From Lama glama (Eukaryota), in contig CM052818.1 of assembly GCA_028534125.1 (NCBI GenBank), positions 46,254,001-46,318,000 of the forward strand: a stretch of 64,000 nt of DNA. The letters run 5' to 3'. The notes beneath the pieces were generated by a model that saw nothing but the letters and a program-made list of their open reading frames with translations, was not told where the DNA came from and did no database searches. How positions within the stretch are numbered: position 1 is the first letter of the stretch; each line of letters begins with the position of its first letter. Below are positions 12,901 to 24,770 of this stretch, one piece after another. Made by a program: the position numbers and the translations under genes.

Positions 12901-14615
12901 AATCAAACAGTAGCATCCTCTTCACAGAGAGCAGAAATATTAAGAACAAAGTAGGACATGAGTGATCTGGAGGTGTCGGGGCACTGAAATCATAATGACA
13001 GGACTCCTTTCCAAAGTGGAGCTGAGGGAGACAGAGAGGCAACCCCAAGCCCCCATGTGTAACGGCCACGTGCTTTACTTAGACCGGACGATTGACAGTT
13101 CAGATTTGTAGGAAGAAAACAGGAGAGTAGCTCCACCAACCATCATTGCAGTTTCCCTGGGGCATGTTACCTAATTTTTATGGACTATAATTATGTAGTT
13201 AGATTTAGAAATTTTTAATAACACTGAATAAAACCCATCAACACTTTCAGTTTTCTATGTCACAGATGAGAATCCAAAAACAAGGAATGTGAGCTGAACA
13301 ACAATGCCCAGATGTTCAGCTCTCATAATTGGAGGGACCCCGGTCGTAAAAAATATTTTAAAATAGGTAAAATTTAACTTACACACATTGGCTTATTACT
13401 TGTGATTGTGTTCACAGACTGTCCCATTTACAGAATACCATCATCAAAAAGCAATGCAGAGTGTGATACACAGAAAATACGACTCGTTCACAACCAGGAA
13501 ATCGGTGAATTTGCTCTTTGGACACAGAGCCGAAGGAGAGCAGTAAGGAAGATGCACGTGACCCGTCTGCGCAATCCAGGGCAGACGGGCCGGTCAACAG
13601 AAAACACAGAAACAGCAAACCATAAAAGACTTCTGGTCTATGGTGGTAAATCTGTTACACTTTCGGCAAAGCTATACATAACCAGCTTTCTGACAACAGC
13701 CAGTTTTCCCAAACCGCCTCCTTCTGCACAGCCAAAGCAAACATGGCCCTTGCACTGTGCCCAGAGGCTACTGAACGCCAACATCTGCTCTCTTGTATTT
13801 CTAACCTGAGCTCTGCTTCACGCGTTTGATCCTCCTCCTCCTCGGACAAGAGCCCAATGGAGAGCTGGCTGCCTTGGTGGCATTCCGGTTCCCACATTAG
13901 TGCTGCCTCTTCTGGTCACAATCAGGCCACTATATTCTCCATACTCTTGAGTTCTTTTTTTTCTTTCTTTCTTTTTCTCCTTTTATTCCATGTTTGAGAA
14001 TATCAAAGTGTCAGGACCTATATTCTCTAGACTGGGAGGAAGTCCCTGTGCTCTGGGTAATTCCCAGCACCACACGTGACCCTCAGTCTGCCAGTCTCTC
14101 ACTTTTGACCCATGTTTACCAAGAGCCTACTAAATGAGCCACATGGTACCATGGCGTGATAGCCAGAAAGGCCCAGAAGACAGGAGGGCATCTTCAACCT
14201 GGAGCTGGAGAAAAAGCATCTGTGCACCTGCAGACACGGCCAACAACCCTCAAACTATACACTGCGACTGAGAGAACGTCTTTCAAACAGTGTGCGAAGC
14301 ACATCACCGGGGCTGGGGTGAGCCGGGGCAGCCTTCCAGACGCAGGGCTCAAGGTGCCTTAGAAGGACACACAGAACTCAGCTGTGCGGCGGAAGGGGAG
14401 GGGGCGAGCCGCTTCACTTTCACAAAGGAGTGACATCGAAGGCTAAAGTGTAAATGTGGAAAACTTCCATTTCACTAATATTTATGCATTCAAATTCTTG
14501 AGCCTTTAATAAAACCCACTGCTACTGAAAGAGGAAGAGTAAACATTAAAAACACTACTAGCCATTAATATAGACATGGAAAGAATATCGGTTTTTTTGA
14601 AGTTCATGAAAAAAG

Positions 14616-14621
14616 CATGCA
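14616..14621 (-). promoter_or_regulatory. RBFOX-type TGCATG element downstream of the microexon
   Basis: Plus-strand CATGCA equals minus-strand TGCATG, about 40 nt downstream of the microexon donor. Confidence 0.55.
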
Positions 14622-14657
14622 AATTTCTATAATTTATTAAAATACTGAACTACTTAC

Positions 14658-14666
14658 TCTCCTAGA
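14658..14666 (-). CDS. ASAP2: ASAP2 alternative 9-nt microexon encoding SRR (BAR-PH linker)
   Basis: Minus strand ...ttttgtgaccgaag|TCT AGG AGA|gtaagtag; phase 0-0. Inclusion gives ...EQKE-SRR-DSQ..., an isoform I recall for ASAP1/ASAP2. Confidence 0.88.
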
Positions 14667-15324
14667 CTTCGGTCACAAAAGGTAAATGCATTTGGGAGAA
14701 AAACAACAATATTCAGTTATAGTACAAGAACTTAAAATACAGCATACCCAACTTCCAACAGTGAACCTGATGCTCTGCTCGGTAGTTTAATAGTTATTGA
14801 TCTAAAAGCTACTAGCTATATACATTTAGACATATTTCTTTATTGACAACGAAGTGGATTTATGTTAAATTTCACATTATAATATCCTCACTGTAACAAA
14901 CATATCAAATTACCTTAAAATTTAATTTTGAATGGTTTTTTATAATGAGCTCCCAAAAGACAAATTATCACTGTGAATGTGTTAGCACACAGACAGGTGA
15001 TCACAGGGAAGAGAAGATGCAAGAACACTAGGGTTTCTTCCCATCAGAATGCAGCTCCAAGGAAACCTAGCTCCTCCCGCTTTACAGAATACAATCTCTG
15101 GGCGGGAAGATTCAGATGGTCACCTGTCACCCGCTGATGCCACATGGCAGCGTCCACGTGTATCAGGGCAGGGAGACCACAGGGCTCCAGGGAGAGAACT
15201 GATGGCACGAATGACGACTGTCCATGTGACAGAGATGCCAAGGGCTGCTTGTCTAGTGGCAATGGGCGGAGCAGAAAAGGTTAAAATGCTGCTGTAAGGC
15301 CACGTCAATGGTGATGCTTTCCCC

Positions 15325-15402
15325 GTGAGGTTAGCATGTATCTTTTTTAAACTTTATTATTTATTTATTTATTGAGTTATTGAGTTATAGTGAGGTTAGC
15401 AT
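15325..15402 (-). mobile_element. Ultra-5'-truncated L1-like insertion (about 50 bp) with target-site duplication
   Basis: GTGAGGTTAGCAT is duplicated exactly at 15325-15337 and 15390-15402. The insert on the minus strand reads tataactcaataactcaataaataaataaataataaag..., i.e. an L1-like end with an A-rich tail. Confidence 0.75.
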
Positions 15403-15575
15403 ATTTAAAAAGATGGCTTTATAAAACCGACTTAAAGAACAAAACTAAATGTCTCAGCGTTGCGAGTGACCTGAGCACCTGGAAGACCAAGATCTCACCT
15501 CCTCAGCCCCAGAGCCCCGGAGACTTAGGGGTGAAAATACAAGATTAGCAGTCCTTCAAAATTAAATCCCCTCAC

Positions 15576-15662
15576 CTCTTTCTGCTCAACCTGCAATGCT
15601 GATTTTAAAATATCTCGAAGCTGTATCAACTGCCTTCTTTCTTCATCTTGGGCCTGTTTGAT
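15576..15662 (-). CDS. ASAP2: ASAP2 coding exon 9 (87 nt): IKQAQDEERRQLIQLRDILKSALQVEQKE
   Basis: ttttccaag|ATC AAA CAG ... AAA GAG|gtgagg. Peptide is visible in ORF 15525..15848(-). Confidence 0.97.
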
Positions 15663-15931
15663 CTTGGAAAACACAAAACAGAGAAAAGTACGACCAAGGT
15701 ACAGTGAGATGCTGGAGTTCACAGCGCATTTCCCCAAAAACGCAATGAACACCTCCGACACTGGTCCAACCTTCCCCCAACCAGGACTGAGGGCGGAGCG
15801 GGGCTCTGCGGGGCTGTCGCTTTCTGGGTAGCCAGCATGCAAACACAAGATTACACAGAAGCAACATTTAAGTCAGAGAGTTTGCTGCATAAAAACCATT
15901 TCAACACTCACGTGGGAGGGAAAGTACTTAC

Positions 15932-16007
15932 TGTGTGAAGATCTGTTGAAAGTGTTTCAATGGAAGGTTTGAGGCTTTCAACTGCTTTCAGTCCATCCTG
16001 GAAAAAA
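15932..16007 (-). CDS. ASAP2: ASAP2 coding exon 8 (76 nt): FFQDGLKAVESLKPSIETLSTDLHT
   Basis: ttctag|T TTT TTC CAG GAT ... CAC ACA|gtaagt. Confidence 0.97.
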
Positions 16008-19000
16008 CTAGAAGGAAAAAGAAGAAACATAGATAATTGTCTTTCATAAAAGAGAAAACAATTTTGTTAGATGGAGAAAAAATCTTCTTTAAAAGAAATG
16101 ACTGAGATTATTATGTAATTCCTGGGGGAAAAGACTAGGAACCAAGTCTTAAAATATTAGGCAACCCAAGAGTAAAGTGACACTCAAAACTATGAGAAGC
16201 AAACTGAGAAGGACCTGGAAGAAGCCTAGTATTTGTGATTTTTCTTGACTCATATAAAATAAGCCCTAAATTTTCCATTTATAATGGGAGACAGGACCCT
16301 ACTGACAAATGGCAGCAAAGGTTCTGGTTAGGAGCGGAAGAGCCTGTGGCCAGGAAAGCATGGGGTGCACACAAAAACAAGACAGTATTTTCCTTGCCAG
16401 GCGACAGTTCCGTGGAAAAGGGCAAGAATGCAGGAGGAAAGCAAGCCAGCCTGATGCACACGAATGGCCCCGCCCCATGAGCAGAGTGGGGAGATGCGGT
16501 TGAGACTGAATATCAAAAGGAGCTTTTTATTTTTAATGCTCAGAACTCTGCTTGTGAAGTCATTGATAACAAATGGCTCAGGAAATTCAACAGAGGCTAG
16601 ATGTGTCTTTCCTGCAGCAACAGCGGGCTGACGTTCAGCACTCCTCTGAAGCGTGTTGTGTATAACCCTTTTGAAAGGAATGAAGAAAATGCTCCTACCC
16701 AGCTTAGGAGGCTTGTAACAAGACCCATAATGCCTGTATGGTTTGGCCCCTGCCTGTGTCTCCAAGTTTCAATCCACACCATTTGCCCCCTTTATTCATT
16801 TGGTTCCAGATACACTGGCCTTTTCTCTGTTCCTCTATGGCCACCAAATCCTCCTTGCCTCAGGCCCTTTGCACATGCTGTTTCTTCCCTCTGAAGAGTT
16901 CTCCTCATAGCCTACCAACTATGTTGCCTGGCTCGTGACCACTCACTCCTCCAGCTTTAAGTTTTAAGTTACATACGGACTCATCGGGGGCTATGCCACG
17001 ACCCTCCTCCCTTCAAAGAGGTTTCCTTGCCAGACTTCCTCACAGCATTCTGTCTCTGGCTTCAAAACACTCACCACAACTGCCATTACGTATTCAGTGC
17101 TGTAATTATTGAAAACATAATTCCCTCAGTAGGTCTTAAGTTCTAGGAAGGTAAGGTCACAGTATCCACAACACCTGGCACATTTCGAGCACACAATATT
17201 CACTGAATGGAAAAATTAATGAAGGGAGGAAGGGCAGTCTCCAACTTCTGCCAGTTTACTGGGTATCAAAGGAGACTATTTTCAGAAAATGATCTGGGGT
17301 TCACATGTTTACTTCTTTTAAACTCAGCAATAATCCTGGGGGAATTTCCCATATTAAGTATGCAATAAATAGGAGGGGCTGGAAAACCAATGCAGTGTGA
17401 CAGTTAGCACAGTACCTCCAAGGAGGAAGGAGAAAACACACACACAGGATGTGGGTCACAAACCATTACTACTTAGTTATTAGGAATCACAGAGGCTGGG
17501 CCATTAGAATTTCTGGCCTTCAGATGTAAGTGTAATTTTCACTTTATATTCTCATTCCTGTGTTTTGCCTGGCTCATTTTTCCCCCTATGTATAGAGTAC
17601 GCTTCTGGTACAGCAGTAGGTCAGCATTATAATGATATTTTCACATGTCTGTCTCCACCGTTCGGGCAGAAATGCCATGTCCTACGCGTCTCTGTGTTTT
17701 CCACTCCCCAGCACAATGGCCAACACGCAGCAGCAATTTTAAACTGAAAAGGAAACTGCGAAGAACAAACACAGGAATGAGAAATCGAGCTTTTCCTCTT
17801 ATCATGAACTCATTTGGTTCCTATATTTTGTTCCTGTATTTTTTTCTTTTACAACTATTTTATCAATCAATTCAAATTCTTGTAATATAGATAGGGGTTG
17901 GGGGTGGGGAAAGAACACAGAAGAGGGAGTAGGAAAAATAGCAAAGATCAGCAGAGAAGCGGCCCTGCTCCTGGGAAAGGAAGCAGGTGCTCAGCTCCAG
18001 GATCTCTGTGCCTGGAAACTGCCCCCGCCCCCCACCCAAGCAAGACAGCGTCTTGCAGTGAAGTCAGGTGCTCAGAGAGGTGTTTCTTGTCACAGAGGTC
18101 GTTTCCATCGTGACACTGGCCGGTGTGCTTGGAATAAAGATAAAAGATGTTGGATTTCATTTTTGTAAAAGTCTAGTCAATCTTGACCATCTACCTAAAA
18201 AACGTCCTCCCTCTGATTTTCAAAACTCCTGTCTTCCTGCGCCCTCCTTACTGAGGCATGTTTGTAGACCTTCTCTGGCCTTAGGAAAAGCCTCCAAAGA
18301 AGGGGCCCCTTCGCGGACTGCTGTCACCGCAACGTTCCTCAGGACAAACTCCTAGCACATTTTCCTAAGGTTAAGCTTGTTAACACTTTCTCAAGCTTCA
18401 GTCAAAATAAGATTTACCATCAGTATTCCCAAATATCATATTTTGCTTTTTATCAAATGTTTTCTAGCCTACCTAATCAAATTCTCCAGCCTTTAAAACA
18501 TACCCACTGAGATTCAACCTTCAAGTGCCCACCAAGCAGGGTGGCCTCTCCCTCCTCCTGACAAGCCTGCACAACAGCCCCACCGTGAAGGCCACTGGGG
18601 CGAACTTCTCCAGGGCGCTGGACCCGCATCCCAAGCTCCAGGCAGCAGCTGGTCACAGTGGTTCCCAGCAGGTATCTTCTCATTAAAGAACAAGTCACTT
18701 CAACACTCATTACCACTGTGTAGAAAATCGCTTTTGTTTCATTATTGTTTTAAAGACTGCTCTATTTCTAGGTTTCACTGGAGAATAGAGTCCTCAATCT
18801 TCCGCAGCAAAGGCTAGTAAGATACATTTTCCAGGCTATTCCAGGAACTAGAGACGCCAATTCTTTCCTTGAAAGAAGTAAGACATAGAACATGAGGTAC
18901 TCTTCAAGAATGCCTCCAGTGAAAAGCAAAAAGGAGTCAAAAGCAAAATAATGTCTATCTAAGCAGTTCTAAGCGTGAACACCCAAACATGGTTCCACAG

Positions 19001-21340
19001 AATCTGGTTTCCACGGAGGCCCGTTGGTGGAAACCTGCAGAGACCAGCAGCACCGGTCAGCAGGCAGCCTCTGCCCCCTGGGCCACCGTCGCCAGGTCAC
19101 AGCTGTGCTTCCAGGGCGAGAAGTGGAGACTGAGGATGCTAAGTGGGGACGCGCAGGGCCTGCAGGTGGTTAAACACACGCATGGCCACGGGCTCCTTGT
19201 CCAATGGCTGAATCACTCAGGCTCCACATTCTATCCTCCAAAATGTGCACTTAAAAGTCAAAGCTGTTCAAATGATTTGAAGAGCCTGCAGTACGTACAC
19301 ACACATGCAAACTCATCCAAAAAGGAAGTAATGGAAGATTCATCATTTTTAAAGGTTACTGAGCTCATGCCCATAAAAGGCCAACTAAGTTCACTTTTCC
19401 ACAAGTGGTCTGTTGCTACCCAACAAATCAGTTTGGGCAAAATAAAGAAAAAAAGGAAATCCCAGAATAACTTCTTAAAAATAAAATATCAGCAAGGAAG
19501 CAACCCGCTTCCTAAACGGCCTCACATAAAGCTACAAGGGTAAGACTGAAGAAGGAATCTGTGTGTTAATCACACAGTTAGGATTTGGAGTCTCTGCAGA
19601 AGAATTCACCTTAAAAATTCGACAAATGAGGGGTCTTTCTATTCCCTGAGACTGTTCTCCCAAGCGTGGGGCTCTTCTTTTAACCCAGCACATCTTCCTT
19701 TGCTGTTGGATTGCCACTGCTTTAGAAATGCAGTGTCGCCAGAGATGTATTAAGACTTGCAAAGCACAGCTCCGTCCAATTCAACAGTGCAATTCACCAC
19801 TGCAAATACGTGCCAGGTAAACACGCCATGTGCTAGAGACTAAAAAATAAATGTCATGGAGGACATCCTTAAAGAGGATGCAGTTCAGCGGGAGACACAA
19901 CACAACATGAAAGATGCCATCGCGGGATGTGTAGAGAATACAGTGGTAAGAAGAAGAAAGGGAAGTAACTCCAGGGGGAGAGCAACTCGACTTCAGAGCA
20001 GCAGCTGGACCTGAGCTGGGTCTCAGGGAGGGACAAAGGCTGTGGGAAGGCACGGTCACGTTCAAGGCAAAAGGAACAAAGTGTGTGAGGGAACATCAGC
20101 ACGAGGCATGGCCTGTTGAAGGCAAGGCAGGGGGACACAGGTGGCACCAGCACCTCCAGAGTGCCCACATCACCCCATGCCCTCCACCTGTGCAGTCAGA
20201 GCCTGGGCCCGGTCACATCTCCAGCTGCGCTAGGACTGCACCCGCGTCCCTGAGTGATCACACACCCACTCCTGTCCTGTGTGGCTCCTTCCAGACACAG
20301 AGCAGCCCTGTTAAGACAGAGATGGGATGGGAGGGGCTTCCTGATGTTTCCCATCAGCACCGCTGCCCACGCACAGCCACTCCCTGGTTCGGTCACACTC
20401 TCACGCACAGGCCTGCATCTGCCTCCCGTCCCTGCCGAAGGTCCCAGCCTGCAGGAACTTGGTTTCCTTCTTCCTGTATCACCGGAACGTCACACGGCAC
20501 CCGGTGTGTAGTAAGAGCTCCATCAGCACTGGCTGAATGCATCCTCCACTTAAAACTTTTCGGGGGCTTCCCAACACGTCTTGGATAAAATCTACTGCCT
20601 TTACTGAGACTTCCAAGGCCGCCCATGTCTCAGGCTTTTCCATGCAGTTTCATTTTGCTCACCATGTGTCCATCACAATGACCTTCTTCCTGCCTCAACC
20701 CTGCCTGCCTGGAAAGCTCTTCCCCTGCTCCTTATCTGCTAGCTCCTCCGCATCCTTCAGGTCTCAGAATACGTCTCCTCCAAGAGGCCTGCAGCTGATT
20801 CAAGAACTGAGTACCAACCGCGCGCCAGGTACTTTGTTCTGGCTGCCAGAAAACCCAGCAAGGAACAAAACAGAAAAAAGAAAAATATCTCTGCCCTCAA
20901 CCTCTATCTAAATTTGGTCCTTCTATTTTATACTCTTCATTAGACTCCTCTGCTCCGGGACGCTTTGTCAAACGTCTGATGGTAAGCGTGCCGGCCGAAG
21001 CCCCGCTTGATTCCAGCAGGAACTGTGCCCGTGACGTACATCACCGGGTCTCCAGCATCCAGGACGCTGCCTGACACCCAGCACGCTCTCAACAAAGGCA
21101 GTGAATGAGTCCGCGGCCTGTTTCTAGTAGCACCTGGAGGTCTGGGAGCAGAAGGAGGAGGGGAGTAGAAAGGCAATCAGGCCGAGGGATGAGGCCCAGG
21201 TTGTGAGGGGCTGGTGGACACGGCGAAGTTGAGTACGTGAACAGCCCCGAACGTGGAAGTTTCTCCTTCTGTTCCACGTACAGCCCCTTTTGCTCAGCAC
21301 TGTCATTTGCTTTACAGGGTAAGTATATATGGAAGTATTC

Positions 21341-21476
21341 TTTTTATTTATTTATTTTTTATTTTTTGGGGGGGGGTAATTAGGTTTATTTACTTATTTT
21401 GATGGAGGTACCAGGGATTGAACCCAGGACCTCATGCATGCTAAGTGCACACTCTACCACTGAGTTATACCCTCCC
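21341..21476 (-). mobile_element. tRNA-derived SINE, camelid Vic-1-like
   Basis: Minus strand GGGAGGGTATAACTCAGTGGTAGAG... with Pol III A box at 21457-21467 and B box GTTCAATCC at 21415-21423, followed by aaataaacctaattacccccc and an A-rich tail. Confidence 0.85.
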
Positions 21477-21619
21477 TGCTCTTTTAATTTAAGACACTGC
21501 ATTAACACCATCCCATTCCCCTTTTAACAAATAAAAAACATCTGAGAATCAAACCAGTTTGCCTTTTTATTAAAAAAAGCAAAAATAAATATATTTGATA
21601 ATTAGATTTTTATATTACT

Positions 21620-21955
21620 TTTAGTTTTTGAGATACTCTCAAACCATAAGACTCACCCTTTAAAAGTGCACAATCCAGTGCTTTTTAGCATATTCACACA
21701 GTTGGGTTATCATCAGCCCTGTCTAGTTCCAGAATATTTCCATTGCCCATCAGCAGTAATTCGCCCTCCCCGCTCCCCGCTCCTCTGCTTTCTGTCTCTG
21801 TGGATCTGCCTGTTCCTGACCTTTCGATTAACTGGAATCCTCCAGTCTGTGGCCTTTGGTTTATGGCTTCTTTCAGTTAACATGTTTCCAAGGTTCATCC
21901 ATGTTATATAGCACGTATCCCTGTTTCATTCCTTTTCCTACGGATTCTAAGTAAG
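21620..21955 (-). mobile_element. L1MB/L1MC-like 3' UTR fragment
   Basis: ctcaccctttaaaagtgcacaatccagtg..., tctgtctctgtggatctgcctgttcctgac, aaggttcatccatgtt. Confidence 0.8.
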
Positions 21956-22055
21956 TGTTTACTTTCAGCACGATACTACAGATCTCCCAGAGGTTGCCAT
22001 AAAGAGAGAAACATCTGAAATAACATTGTAACAAAGAAATAACATCATAACTTAC

Positions 22056-22141
22056 TTGCATTGGGCATGAAAATATTTGATCAGATTCTGAAGTAAATCC
22101 ACTCCCTTTTTAATCTTAATTTCATTGACCTTCAGCAGATA
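22056..22141 (-). CDS. ASAP2: ASAP2 coding exon 7 (86 nt): YLLKVNEIKIKKGVDLLQNLIKYFHAQC(N)
   Basis: ttaacag|TAT CTG CTG AAG ... TGC AA|gtaagt. Confidence 0.97.
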
Positions 22142-23099
22142 CTGTTAAAAAAAAAACAAGAAATGTCACAGATAACAAGCAGAATATGAGCTTCTGAGGA
22201 CAGATCACCTCTCCCACTTCTCCGACACTTTGTACTGGGTAGAGCTATGGCAGGTGCTTAATATTTTCTAAACACCATTTGCCTAAATGTTTCTTTTAGC
22301 TTTCGTGCCGTATGAATTATTTGACATACAGGTAATTAAACGCTTAACTTCAAGCACCCAGGACTCCTAGTAATAAAACATTCTGTCTCACCCAGTGAGG
22401 AGAAACTATCACCGTAGCTGCACAGAAGACGGAGGGTGGTTAGGATCAAGGGGTTTCTAACCACCATGAACATTCCTGCCTGCATATTCTGTCCCAGGTC
22501 CCTTTCTTTCAGCAGGTCATTGTCTAAACACTAACTGCTAATCTTTTGTAGTTGAGACTTTGCTCCATGTGTCTCGTACTAAGACACTTAAAAAAGTTGT
22601 GATTGCCATAAAAAATCATATTTTAAATTCAAATAAATGAAAGCCATTTTTAACTTGGAGAATTCATTAACAACCACTAAGGCATCAGGAAGCCCCAGGG
22701 ACCCACAAAACAAGCATCAGGAAATACATTTGTTCTTTGCTAAAAGACGACACAGAACACAGACTTCATAAATTCCCTCTCCCCTCCACTGTTGGGACAG
22801 GGTATAAACAACCCTGAGAACATGTCACCCCAAGGACCGAATGCCCCGAAAGAGCTGCGGACCTCCGCTGACCACAGGCATCTCCGCTGTCACCTGGCAG
22901 ACTCACGCTCAAGGTCCTCCCGGGCGGGCTGGGCAGCCCAGGCCTGGGAGGGAAGCTGCTCTGAAGAGGCCACGACAAGCTCTCCCCCGGCCTATATCAG
23001 CTGCCTTTCTGTCATCATCGCCTCCTTTTTGGTACTAATTCATTAACTGAGTAAGATGTTTGGTAAAGTATCAAAATAGTTAAATGGTTAATAAGATGC

Positions 23100-23330
23100 T
23101 TGGCCATGCGTCAAACATTAAAATGCACATACCCTTTGACCTAGAAATTCTACTTACCGGAACTTATCCTAAGAAGATAATCACAAATGTTTACAAAGAT
23201 GAATAGAAAAGGAGGTTCACTGCAGAGCTGTTTGTAAAAGTGAAAAATGGCAACAACCCAAACGGAATGAATAGGGAATTAAAGTACGGGGCACCCATAC
23301 AAAAAAATGCCATGCGGCCATTAGGCCGCC
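23100..23330 (+). mobile_element. L1ME-like fragment
   Basis: aaaatgcacataccctttgacctagaaattctactt...ttatcctaag...gttcactgcagagctgtttgtaa. Confidence 0.65.
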
Positions 23331-24479
23331 AAAGCAGAGACTTTCTGACACGGAAGAAGTCTGGGGCACAGCAGTGAGTAAAATGATCAGGCTACGAGAC
23401 AGCAGCAGCAGGTGACCCTGGTTCTACAACTGTTTTTGTTTATGCAGACTAGGGACACCTGAAAGACGCTGAACTATAGGGCAAAGCGGTCATCTTTCAG
23501 TAAGTACAATTTGGGGTGACTTTTAATGTCTTTTATATGTAAGCACATACATACACACATGCACACACACACATATATACTGACCAATTTTTTAAAGCAC
23601 ATATTTTTATAATCATAAAAAAGCAAGAGCAGGTCTCTCATACCTTCTCGATTCACAAAAGCTCTGTATTACTATTTGGCATACCGAAGTTCTCTGCAAA
23701 ATTCCTTTTGAAGAAGAAGTCCCACAGCTTTAAAATAAACACCTGAAAGTCGCTTTTCTATATTAGATACTAGGCAACTGAAAATTTAAACACCTAAAAC
23801 AACATCAAGTATTTACAAAACTTGAGAACTTCAGTTTGGGCAAACAGTTGGACAATTTAGTGATTTTAACCACGACCATCTGTTCACTCCAGGGCGTGAG
23901 GTTCTCGGGATCTGCTTTTCAGATGCTCCCTCTCGCCCTCTCCAGCCCAGGTCTGTTTGGCCAACGTCTACATCCTTCATCAGACGGGCCCTCCTCTGGG
24001 AACTCCACCCCCACCACCGGCCCACCCCACCCCTGCTTCCGCGCCTGCACTCAGCGCCTGACCCACTGGCCGGCAGCTCTGCAGGGGCAGGGACCCGTGA
24101 CGCTCGGCACAGACTGGGGCCCAACAACCAGTGCTGTAGAGTTTAGGTCAACAGACTCCCTCCTTATTAGCCCAAAAGAGAGCACAGCCTGAACTCACAC
24201 ACACACGCTTTCTAAACCCACTCTCTGTGAAACACTACTACTTAATTTTACCCCGACTGAACAAAACCAGCACGCTGTGTTTGTGTAACACACAGCGGCC
24301 TCCTTGTCCCTGCCTCCTGCTTCCGGGCTGGCTTCTCCGACACTGCGTGAAACAGGCCAGGGCAGGTATTTTATGTGAGTCTGTCTCTAAAACAGCATTT
24401 GTATAAAAACATCCACTCTCCTATCTCTTTGAGCTTAATTAACTTTCTAAATATCCATGTAATGAAAAACAAAGCAGCA

Positions 24480-24770
24480 AAGGAGGGACAGAGGAACAAA
24501 AAAGACGTAAGACATGAAAAAAACACCAAAAGAAAAGACATAAATCCAACCACATCAATACTAACAACCAATGTGGATGATTTAACAATCCCATCAAAAG
24601 GCAGAGGTTGTCAGACTAGATTAAAAAAACCTGACCCAAATACAGATTGTCTACAGGAAATACACACTTTAGATCCAAAGATACACATAGGCTGAAAGTA
24701 AAAGGCTGGCGGGAAATCCCATGCAAACAGAAACCATAAGAGAGTGGGAGCGGCTGTCCAGTTAGACAAA
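24480..24770 (+). mobile_element. Degenerate L1 ORF2 endonuclease N-terminus
   Basis: ORF 24375..24695 contains SILTTNV...KKPDPNTDCLQEIH, resembling the L1 endonuclease motifs (I)TLNVNGLN...DPTICCLQETH. It is followed by aggctgaaagtaaaagg...catgcaaac. Confidence 0.85.

Noticed and set aside
21308..21325. Plus-strand tttacagGgtaagt (adjacent acceptor and donor)
   Set aside because: It is antisense to ASAP2 with no supporting exon chain, and such motifs are expected by chance in 64 kb.
21405..21476. Possible tRNA gene (A and B boxes)
   Set aside because: It continues into a SINE body and A-rich tail and lacks a clean cloverleaf, so it is a SINE head.
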